Positions 36,999-48,415 of a DNA stretch of 64,000 bases are shown piece after piece. This DNA is from Felis catus (lineage: Eukaryota), in contig NC_058368.1 of the NCBI RefSeq assembly GCF_018350175.1, positions 33,606,001 through 33,670,000 of the forward strand, in the 5' to 3' direction. The position numbers and the translations under genes are program-made. How positions within the stretch are numbered: the stretch's first letter is position 1; each line of letters opens with the position of its first letter. Below the pieces are notes generated by a model that worked only from the letters and a program-made list of their open reading frames with translations, was not told where the DNA came from and did no database searches.

Positions 36999-38152
36999 TG
37001 GAGTATTCATAATAAATTTTCTAATCTCTAAGTATATTGATAGTCCCAATGATAGTACACTTGAGACATCTCAACAGTAGATCAGTGCAGGGTCATGTAG
37101 CTAAGAATACCACATTTTCTGATTTCTTATTTTTATAAATATAATTATCATAGTTGTATTAGTTTATGGAAAATTTAAAATATTAATGATTCTGAAAATC
37201 TTGTGGGTCATTCTTATCCTTCAAATTTATTATTATGTGCTGAGAAAATGGTAGGTTTTATTTTGCTTTTGTGTTTCAAACACATTTAACTTGTTAAAAG
37301 TTATAGATTTAGTGTAGATATTTGTTCAAAATATGGACATCAGATTTAAAATATCCACTTATTTTGGTGTTCATTATATTAAAGTTAAATGTTCTATGAA
37401 AGGATTTAGACTGCTTCACCTAGTATGCTACTGATTAGACATAGATAATGGCAACTCTCATGCTTTTATTTTTTTGTTTTTGTTTTTGTTTTTGTTTTCT
37501 TTTTCAGTGTAACATAGCAAGAGTACAGCGATACCAAAAAATCTCTCTGCCCTTAATATCTCAGGAAAAGTTCTGATCAATTTTGAAGAGGCTACTCTTC
37601 CATGAACAGATGGTTGTATGTGAACTCAACCAAGACATCCAAACAGATGTCTGTCCTGAGGTCATCCTACCACAGATTAGAAGATGTACAAATGCTAATC
37701 CAGATCCGAGCTGGATAACATAATTTTTTTCAGTAAAATTGGATGAATTAAATAACCTAATTTTTGAAAGTTGGCTTTCAGGAAACCACAGCTGTTTGAA
37801 AATCACAGGCTAGACTCCCATTACAACAGCATCTCATTCCTTCTAACGTTAATATTTTTACAAACTGGGAAAAAAAGTTACAGACTTTTTTTTTGCCATA
37901 TCCTGAAACTATTAACTACATAGAAAATATGACTTTAAATGGTCTTTCATGTGAATCTAAAAGACACAATTATTTTGTTAGGACACATCACTTTAGAGTT
38001 GTTACTGGTTAAATGGAAAGATAGATCAGCTAATTTATTATAAAAAATTGATTTATAAAAAGAATAAAATGTTTTCAATGGACTATCATGTATTTAGTTT
38101 CAGTGTTTAATTACTTAAATGACATTTGGCTATTAGACATTAGGCAACATGT

Positions 38153-38155
38153 GTA

Positions 38156-38199
<44 letters not shown>
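38153..38199. repeat. (TG)n microsatellite
   Basis: Direct reading. Confidence 0.95.
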
Positions 38200-38202
<3 letters not shown>

Positions 38203-38797
38203 GTACAAAACCAATCATAAATAATATATTTATTTATTTTATCCCACATATAAATTCCTAAAATATGCCAGTTACCTTTCATTGTCACCCTTAACTGAGA
38301 CTGTTTAAGTAAGAGATAAAGAGTAGAGGGGTTACTTTATATTTCAAGGTCAGGTCATCAGATTTATGATTTCCATTGTAATGACAGCAAATTCTGATGA
38401 ATTTAGGGGACTGTTTTTGAAAGAGACTGACTTTTTCTAACATACATAAATTTTCCAGAAATTTTATAAAGCAAATACACATTTAATAGGTTATTTTATA
38501 ATTTGGTCTTGGAATTTTCCTAATCTGAGAGGTGAAAAGATTCTAGAAGCTATAACTCTTTACTTCACCTACTTGCATTTTTGAAATTTTCATACAAAGC
38601 TCTATTTGTTTAAATTCCCCAGATTGTTTTATTTTCCCATAATATTATACTTATCCAGACCAAATAACAATTATATTCAAGTACAATTATATTGAAGTAC
38701 AGCTAGTGGCTATTTCTATTATTATAACTGACCATTCATCCCCCAGATAACAAAACTGACACATATGCTCTCCTCCTGTTCCATTTTATTTTATTTT

Positions 38798-39011
38798 TAA
38801 ATTTTATTAATGTTTATTATTTATTTTTGAGAGAGAGACAGAGTGTGAGCAGGGGAGGGGCAGAGAGAGAGAGGGAGACACAGAATCAGAAGCAGGCTCC
38901 AGGCTATGAGCTGTCAGCACAGAGCTGATGCGGGGCTTGAACACATGAACTGCGAGATCATGACCTGAGCTGAAGTCATAAGCTTAACCAACTGAGCCAC
39001 CCAGGCGCCCC
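38798..39011 (-). mobile_element. Can-SINE
   Basis: Complete element; ccattttattttatttt duplicated on both sides. Confidence 0.96.
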
Positions 39012-39829
39012 CCATTTTATTTTATTTTTAATTTGACTCTTATTTGTTAATTACCGCAAACAGAAATAATATTCCTTTTGACTCCCTTTAGCATTTTAAA
39101 TGCAGAAAGAATTCTGGAAGTGATTTATTCTTCTTTTATCTTTTTGAAATTGTGATGTTTCATAAAGGATGATATGAAATTGATGATGCTAATTTTTCCA
39201 ATAGCTGGAACCAATAGAATAGTCATTTTAAAGAGCGTGCAAAAAATATGATGGATTATTACTGTCATCTTCTCTGAGAATTGGTCTATATTATGAACAT
39301 AAGTATACCCAATTATTATGTATTATAGGGACCTTTAGAAGAATCCTGAACATATTAGAAGACAGAGAGTACAAAGGAAAATGCCAGTTTATTTTTAATA
39401 GATATTTTAAATTTTCAAGGTATTATAAAATTTATTATTTCATTTGCTTCTCCAAATAATCATGAAAAATGGGCAGGCTGTACATAGCTTGTCTTTTCCA
39501 GAGATGATAAGTTGAATTTCTGGCTCTTAAGTGACAATGATTGTTCTAGAAAAAAAGCCTCTTTTTATAGCAATTTCAGAACTTTTTCATATCTATCAGG
39601 GTCTTCATAAGTAAAACTATTTAGGTGGACCTTCAATTTATTTCATATGGATCCATTCACCTGGTGAATAAAGGTTATGGGAGATGTTGGAGATGCATAA
39701 TTTGGAACAAAAGTAAAATAAAGTTATATTTCTTCATACTGTTGTCTGATATCCTTTATATTCTGCATCATTCTAGAATTATAATTACTATCATTGTTTC
39801 ATATGTAGGCAAATGAAGCAGTTAATGAA

Positions 39830-40460
39830 TAGATCAATAATTATTTTATCAAGCATCTACTATATGTCATGCAGAACTGCATGCTATGGTGATAAAGACA
39901 AAGGGCTTTATAAAACCCTCATTTCCATTTAACTTGGTATGGTTAGTATATAAGAAATATAACTAAAACTTCACTAAAAAACTAAAAGGAATTTAAGTGT
40001 AAATAGCCATTAAATGTGTAGTTATATCAGTGAATGCTACAGGAATTCTGATAAATAAATAACAACAACAACAAAAAAAAGCAACATTGCCTGATGGTTT
40101 GTTAGTGATAGATGCCAAAATTTTGGGCAGACACGTGGGAACTAAGTCAGCATGAGAGTATCAAGAACATAGATAAGTGATTTGTAAAAGTCATGTGATT
40201 TTTTTTTGATCTCTTCAGATATAATTTTCTTGTTTGGGAAAATGCATGAAGATATGTTGGGAAAAATAAACCTGAACTGGTGTCCAAAGACCCAGATTTC
40301 ATACTCTAATAAGTGGAAAACCACTGAAGATGTTTGAAGAAATACATGTAAATAATATTCTGTATTTGTGTAAAAACAATTTCATGGTATTTTCCAGTAA
40401 TAAGTGTAGATTAGAGAAATTTGCAGTTATATATGAGTTGAGAGGGAGACTGCTAATTGC
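39830..40460 (-). mobile_element. Ancient LINE-2 3' fragment
   Basis: tcaataattattttatcaagcatctactatatgtca (antisense L2 tail) and gtggaaaaccactgaagatgtttgaag. Confidence 0.5.
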
Positions 40461-42782
40461 ATAGGTGTAAGTTTATAGCTTTTGGGAGTTAGTTTCACTG
40501 ACATTTGAATCGTTGGAAGACTTTTACTGCATGGAATATATTAATGGGAAATAATGAATAATCAGAACAAAAATTATTCACAAATATTCTTATTACATTA
40601 GTTATGATGGTTAAAGTGTGAGAAAAATGCTATTCCCAAACATAAGGAAATGCTGGAATTTCATAGGTTTCTGGATAACATGAGCAATATTAATATTTAT
40701 TTATACTCTTTTACTAACATTAAAGAAATAGAAATTAACTTCTGAAATTGAACGTGCAAAATTATTATGTTGTGCCTTATAATGGGTTATTATGGAAGTA
40801 GTTAAATTATGATTTTGAAAAAATGAATTCAGAAAATGCTTGTGATATAATGCTGAATAAAGAAGAATTAAAAATATGAAAATAAAACAAACAAAAAAGA
40901 ATTTGTAAAGCAGAAGATGGAGTAGGTACTCACTCACCCCATAGATACAACTATAGATAACACCCAAACTGTAAATAACTCAGAAAACAACCCGAAGACT
41001 GGCAGAACAGACTCTACACAGCTAAATGTGGAGAAGAGGCCACATCACAGGAGGTAGGGAGACTGGAGATGCTGTCAGGAGCTAAACAGACTAGCCGGAC
41101 TGTCTGTGGGAGGAAGGGACACCAGGTACAGAGAAGGGAGAGAAACATACCTCAAGGATGGGAACCCACATGGGGAAAATGAACCCCCTAAACATTTAGC
41201 TTTGAAAACCATAGGGGCTGAATTTCGCAAATTCTTACAGTGAGGCCTAAGACCTGGAACTTTAAAAATCAGCAGGTTTTGTTCTGGGAAAGCCACAAGG
41301 TGACATAAATCTGAGTCCCACCCTTAAAGAAATAGCACAACAAATAGCTCCTCAAAGATACAGCATAGAAGCAGCAGTTTAAAAACTGCCTTGTGTATAT
41401 GGAAGGAGATTTGTCTACCAATCGCAGAGCCTGTGCTGGAGGGGCAGGATCATTGGGAGACTTCTCCAGATACAAAGAGCTGGCAGACACCATTTCCTTC
41501 CACCCACCCCAGCCTGTTTACACAGACACCTGCAGGTACCAGCACAGCAATAACACTCTCCATAACTTGCCAACACCACTGGCTCCACCCCCACACATAT
41601 CTGTGGGTCCACCCTCTCCAATCCTTTGGCCTTAGCAGGAGTTTTGGGCAGCTGCAGCGCCCCTCCTGCAGGGGACCTGTGCAAATCATGCTAACATCAC
41701 TGTTCTGCCCCTGCACAATTCTGCAGACCCCCTCCTTCCACCAAGACTCTCTCATCCATGGTGGCTGTAGGTACCCTCCTGTGGTGACACAGAACTTGCT
41801 GGTACGGTATACCCCACTCCTACTTTCTGTTGTGGGCCTGGCCTCTCCAATACACACTGGGTGGAGTTTATCTAAAGCAGTGCCATGAGCCTGGCAGTGT
41901 GCAAGCAGCCCAGGCAGTGGCCAGCACCCCTCCAAGGTGACTCCTACCCCAGGGAGAGGGGAAGGTAACTGCATATACCAGTCCCACTGAGGACCCAGCT
42001 GTGGACTGGGAACAGACATCTGGTCTGATTGAAGGCACTGCCAGCAACTAAAGCTTCTCAGGATACAAGATAGGAAAACCTTGCAGTTCAGTGCTACTGC
42101 ATCTCTGCCAAGTGTTTGATCTGACTCAAACCCAAGATAACTCCAGACTGCCCCACAAGTAACACAAAGACCAAATACTGTCCATGACAGGCAGAGAGAG
42201 CCATTGCAGATGACTGGGCTCAAGGATACTCAGCTTAGCCACAACATTTGGGAACCCACAACACACACAGAACACATAGGAGACACCTTTGAAATACCAG
42301 GCCCTGGTGAACAGGGGGCATTGCACTATAGGGTGCAATACAACCTCTTCTTCATAAGGCCATTACTTTCAAGAGCAAGAGATGTAACGGACTTCCTTAA
42401 TACACTGAAACAAACAGAGAGTTGGGCAAAATGAGGAGACACAGGAATATGTACCAAATGAACGAACAGGACACAATTACAGCAAGAAAACTACATGAAA
42501 TGGAGTTAAGTATCACAACTGATAGAAAATTTAAAACAATGGTCATAAAGATACTCGCTGGACTTAAGAATTTAGGACTTCAGTGAGATCCTTCACAAAG
42601 ATATAGAAAACATAAGAAACTAATCAGAGATGAAGAACTCAATAACTGAAATTAAGTACATAGTAGATGGAATACATAGATTACAAGAAGCAGAAGAGTG
42701 GATCAGCGACCTGGAGGGCAGAGTAATAATAATCAATCTGAATAGAAGAAAGAGAAAAAAAATGATAAAAATCGAAAAGAGT

Positions 42783-42982
42783 GGGGTGCCTGGGTGGCTC
42801 AGTCAGTTAAGTGTCCTATTTTTGATTTCGGTTCAAGTCATTATGTCATGATTTGTGAGTTCAGGCACTGTTTTGGGCTCCATGCTTACAGCATAGAACC
42901 TCCTTGGGATTCTCTCCCCCTCTCTCTCTGCCCACCCCTCACTCACTTTCTCCATCTCCTCTCAAAATAAACTTTAAAAAAA
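42783..42982 (+). mobile_element. Can-SINE in L1 ORF1
   Basis: ggggtgcctgggtggctcagtcagttaag head running to an A-tail. Confidence 0.94.
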
Positions 42983-43118
42983 TTTTTTTAACGTTTATTT
43001 ATTTTTGAGACAGAGAGAGACACAGCACGAACAGGGGAGGGTCAGAGAGAGAGGGAGAGAGGGAGATTCAGAGAGAATCTGAAACAGGCTCCAGGCTCTG
43101 AGCTGTCAGCACAGAGCC
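42983..43118 (-). mobile_element. 5'-truncated Can-SINE inserted antisense in the tail of the preceding SINE
   Basis: taaactttaaaaaaa duplicated at 42968-42982 and 43119-43133. Confidence 0.93.
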
Positions 43119-44044
43119 TAAACTTTAAAAAAACATAAAAGACTTAGGGAACTCAGTCACACAATTTAACATAGTAGCATTCACATTATAGGGATCCCAG
43201 AAAAAGAATGAGAAAAGAGGGCATAACATTTATTTGAAGAAATAATAGCTAAAAACTTCCATATCTGGGAAAGGAAACAGGAATCCAGATCCAAGAGGCA
43301 CAAAGAGCCTCCAAAAGATCATTCCAAGAAGGGCCATGTTAAGACACATACTAATTAAAATGGCAAAAAGTAGTGTTAAGTAGAGAATTTTAAAAACAGT
43401 AAGAGAAAATAAATCAGTTACATAAAAATGAAACCCCATAAGGCTATGTGCAGAATTTTCAACAGAAACTTTGTACGCCAGCACAGAGAGGCATGATGTA
43501 TTCAAAATGCTGAAAGGAAAAAAAAAAAAAAAGAGCCAAAAATATTCTATCCAGCCACACTGTCATTCAGAATGGAAGGAGTGATAGAGTCTCCCAGACA
43601 AAGGAATTCATGACCACTAACCCAGCCCTAAAAGAAATGTTAAAGGGGACCTTTTGACTGGAAAGGAAAGACCATAAATAGAAGTAAGAAAAGTATGAAG
43701 CACAAACACATTAAAATTAAGTATATCTATAAAAATCAGTCAAGGGATTCACAAAATAAAAGGATGTCAAGTATGACAACATATACCTAAACTGTGGGGA
43801 GGAAAGAGTAAAGAATGGGCTCAAACTTAAGAAACCATCAAATTAATATAGACTGCTATATGCAGAAGATGTTATATACAACATAATGGTAACCACAAAT
43901 CAAAAACCAGTAAAAGATACAGAAAAAGTAAAAATAAAGGTGTCTAAGTATATCACCTAAGAAAGCCAACAAACCATGGGAGAAAAGAACAAGAATAAAG
44001 GAACAGAGAAAAACTACAAAAACAACCATAAAACAAGTAACAAA

Positions 44045-47000
44045 ATGGCAGTAAGTACATATCAATAATTACTTGGAATATAAATGGACCAAAACTCTAA
44101 TCAAAAGACATACAGTGAAAGAATGGATAAAAAAAGCAAGACTTATATGCTACCTAGAAGACACATCTGAAAGGGTGTCTTTCAGACCTAAAGAAAATTA
44201 CGGATTGAAAGTGAAGGAATGAAAAGAATTTATCATGCAAATGGAAGTGAAAAGAAAGCTGGTGTAGAAATACTTACACAAGACAAAATAGACTTTAAAG
44301 CAAAGACTGTAGCAAACGAAAAGAAGGACATATGATATGTTAAATAGAATAATCCAACAAGAAAATATAAAAGTTGTAAATATTTATGCATCCAAAGTGG
44401 GAGCAACCAAATACATAAAACAGCTAATAACAAACATAAAGGAAGTAATCTATAGTAATACAATAATAGTAGGGAACTTTAATACAACACTTATTTCGAT
44501 GAACAGATCATCTAAACAGAAACACATCAACAAGAAAACAGTGACTTTGAATGACACATTGGACCAGATGTATCTAGCAGATATATTCATAAGATCCCAT
44601 CCTTAAAAAGCACAATACACATTCTTTTCTTGTGCACATGGAACATTCTCCAGAATAGATCACATATTAGCCCACAAGAAAAGTCTCCACAAATTCAAAA
44701 GATCAAAGTCATACCATGCATCTTTCCACCCCAAAACTATGAAACTAGAAATCAACCATGAGAAAAAATCTTGAAAGAACACAAATGCATGGAGGTTAAA
44801 TGACACATCACTAAACAATAAATGGGTCAACCAAGAAATCAAAGAAGAAACAAACAAACAAACAAACAAATACATGGAGACAAATAAACATGAAAAAACA
44901 ATGGTCCCCATCTTTGGTATGCAGCAATAGCAGTTATAAGAAGAAAGTTTATAGCAATACAGGTCTACCTCAAGAAGAAAAATCTCAAATAAAAAACTAA
45001 ATTGACACCTAAAGGAGCTAGAAACAGATCAAATCCCAAAACTAGTAAAAGGAAGGAAATAATAAAGATTAGACTAGAAAAAAACAAAATAGAAACAAAA
45101 CAAACAATAGAAGAGATCAATGGAACTAGGAGCTCCTTCTCTGAAAAGATGAACAAAATTGACAACCCTTTTAGTCAACCACTCGCAAAACAGAGAGAGA
45201 GAAGAGAGAAGAGAGGGAGGAAACTCTCAGATAAAGAAAATCAGAAATGAAAGAGGAAAGATAACAACTGACACCACAGAAATACAAAGACTGTAAGAGA
45301 ATATTATTAAAAATTATATGCCAACAAATTGGACAATCTAGAAGAAAGGGATAAATCTCTAGAAACATAACTTTCCAAAACTGAATCATTATCAGCAATG
45401 AAATTGAATCAGGAATCAAAAAAATCCCAATAAACAAAAGTCCAGGACTAGAATATTTCACAGGAGAATACCACCAAACATTTAAAGATGAGTTAATATC
45501 TATTTTTCTCGAACTATTCCAAAAGAAAAGTAGAAGGAAAGCTACCAAATTCATTCTGTGAGGTTAGCATTATCCTGATACCAAAACCAGATAAAGATAC
45601 CACAAAGAAGATACCTATAGGTCAATACCTCTGATGAACATAGATGCAAAAATCCCTTACAAAATATTAGCAGACAGAATCCAACAGTACGTTAAAAATT
45701 CATTCACTACAATCAAGGGGGATTTATTCCTGGAATGCAGGGGTGGTTCAATAATCACAAATCAATCAATGTGATATATCACATTAACAAGAGAAAGGAT
45801 AAAAATCAAATGATCATTTCAGTAGATGCAGAAGAAGCAGTTGACAAAGTACAACATTCATTTGTGATAAAAACCTTCAACGAAGTAGGTTTAGAGGGAA
45901 GATACCTCAACAAAATAGACCATCTATGAAAAACCCACAGCCAACATCATACTCAATAGCGAAAACCTGACAGCTTTTCCTCTAAGATCAGGGAGAAGAT
46001 AAGAATGTTCACTCTCTCCACTTTTATTCAACATAATACTGGAAGTCCTAGCCACAGCAATTAGACAAGAAAAATAAAATGCATTCAAATTGGTAAGGAA
46101 GAAGTGAAACTTTAACTATTTGCAGATGATATGATACTATATAGAAGAGCACCCTATAGAGTCGACAAAACAACTACTAGAACTGACAAATGAATTGAGT
46201 AAAGTCACAAGATACAAAATCAATATACAGAAATGTGTTGCATTTTTATTCATTAATAATTAAGTAGAAGAAAGATAAATAAATAAAACAATCCCATTTT
46301 CAATTGCACCAAAAACAATAAAACCCTAGGAATAAACTTAACCAGCAAGGTTAAAGCCTGTAATCTGAAAATTCTAACACTGGTGAAAGAAATTGGAGAT
46401 GACACAAACAAATGGAAAGATATTGCATTCTCATGTATTGGGAGAAAAAATATTGCTAAAATGTCCATACCACCCAAAGCAATCTACACATCTAATGCAA
46501 CCCCTACTAAAGTACCAACAGCATTTTTCAAGAACTAGAACAAACCATCCTGAAATTTGTATGGAAACACAAAAGACCCCAAATAGCCAAAGCAATCTTG
46601 AAAAAGAAAAAAAAAAACAAAACTGGATGTATCACAATTCCAGATTTCATGATATACTACAAAGCTGTAGCAATCAAAACAATATAATACTGGCACAGAA
46701 ACAGACACATAGACCAATAGAATATACTAGAAAATGTGGAAATAACCCCACAATTATATGTTCAATTAATCTTCAACAAAGGAGGCAAGAATAAGCAATG
46801 GGAAACATTGGGAAAACTGGACGGCTACATGCAAAAGAATGAAACTGGATCACTTCTTTATGCCATTCACAAAAATAAACTCAAAATGGATTAAGGACTA
46901 AATATAAGACCTGAAACCATAAAAATCCCAGAAGAGAACAGAGGCAATAATTTCTTTGACATCGGCTGTAACATCACATGATGATATGTTTCTTAAGCAA

Positions 47001-47812
47001 GGGAAACAAAAGCAAAAATAAACTATTGGTACTATATCAAAATAAAAAGCTTCTGCACAGTGAAGGAAACAATCAACAAAACCAAAGGCAACCTACTGAA
47101 TGGGAAAAGATATTTTTAAAGGACATATCCAATAAAGAGTTAGTATCTAAAATATATAAAGAACTTATACAACTCGACAGCCCCAAAACAAAACACAACA
47201 CAATTAAAAATGGGAAGACTACATGAACAGACATTTCTCCAAAGAAGACATACAGATAGCCAATAAATACATAAAAAGATGCCCAACATCACTTATCATC
47301 AGATAAATGTAAATCAAAACCAGAGTAAGAAACTACTTTTTATCTGTCAGAATGGCTAAAATAAAAAACTCATGAAACAAATGTTGGTGAGGATGTGGAG
47401 AAAAAGAAACCTTTGTACACTGTTGAAGGGAATGCAAACTAGTGTATCCACTGTGAAAAACAGTATAAAAGCTCCTCAAAAATTAAAAATAGAACTACCA
47501 TATGATCCAGTAATTTCACCACTGGGTAGTTACCTAGATAATATAAAAACACTAACTCAAAAGGATATATGCATCCCTGTGTTTATTGTAGCATTATTTA
47601 CAATAGTTAAAATATGGAAGCAACCCATCTATCCATTGATATATGAATGGATAAAGAAGTGGTGTATGTAAATAATGGAATAGCACTCAACCATAAAAAA
47701 GAAAGAAATCTTGCTATTTGCAACAATATAAATGAATCTAGAATGTATAATTTTAAGTGAACTATGTCAGAGAAAGACAAATACATGATTTCACTCACAT
47801 GTGGACTTCAAG
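44045..47812 (+). pseudogene. Disrupted L1 ORF2
   Basis: Starts MAVSTY; peptides IIVGNFNT and MQGWFN..KSINVI; tttgcagatgatatg (FADDM) at ~46120. Many stops and frameshifts. Confidence 0.9.
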
Positions 47813-48329
47813 AAACAAATGAACATGAGAACAAATGAATGAAAAATGAGACAAAACAAAAACAAAACCAGACTCTTAAATATAGAGAATTGATGATTTG
47901 TGAAAGCAATCTGATGGGAGGTGGTTGAGGGATGGCTGAAACAGGGAAGGGGAGTACACTTAATTATGATACGCATGAGTAATGCAAAGAATTGTATATT
48001 GTACACCTGAAACTAATATAATAGTTTAACTATGTTAACTATACTGGAATTAATTTTTTTAATATGAAAAAATCTTCTAATATGTAAAGTGTATAGATAC
48101 AAAACCACGTATGTAACATATGTTATAAAGCAAAATACAATAAACACTTTGAAACAAAGCCAAGAAATATGAAAATCCAATCTTCACTAAGTTTGATACA
48201 ATTTGATCAATTTCATAACATGTTTTGGAATCAGATTATTCATTTTTTAATAACTACTTCCCTAAGTGATATCTAAGGCATCTTTGACATATGTTATTCT
48301 GATAATTTAATTATATATTCCATGTTGAT

Positions 48330-48415
48330 AAATTGGGTTTGGTGTAATTTTGTCTCCCCTGTCTACCATAGACCCTGACACATGATAGATGGTCAATAAA
48401 TCTTAATTGAATAAG
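48330..48415 (+). mobile_element. LINE-2 3' tail fragment
   Basis: ccctgacacatgatagatggtcaataaatcttaattgaataa resembles the L2 terminus. Confidence 0.5.

Larger units (their letters stand above)
42431..43660 (+). pseudogene. Disrupted L1 ORF1
   Basis: Starts MRRHRNMYQMNEQD; ORF-track peptide MKNSITEIK...RLQEAEEWISDLE. Interrupted by two SINEs and by stops. Confidence 0.85.
40905..48060 (+). mobile_element. Full-length decayed carnivore L1 (L1_Carn-like)
   Basis: 5' end ...gaagatggagtag, C-rich 5'UTR to ~42.4 kb, ORF1 and ORF2 relics, and a 3'UTR ending ctatgttaactatactggaatta. Confidence 0.95.
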
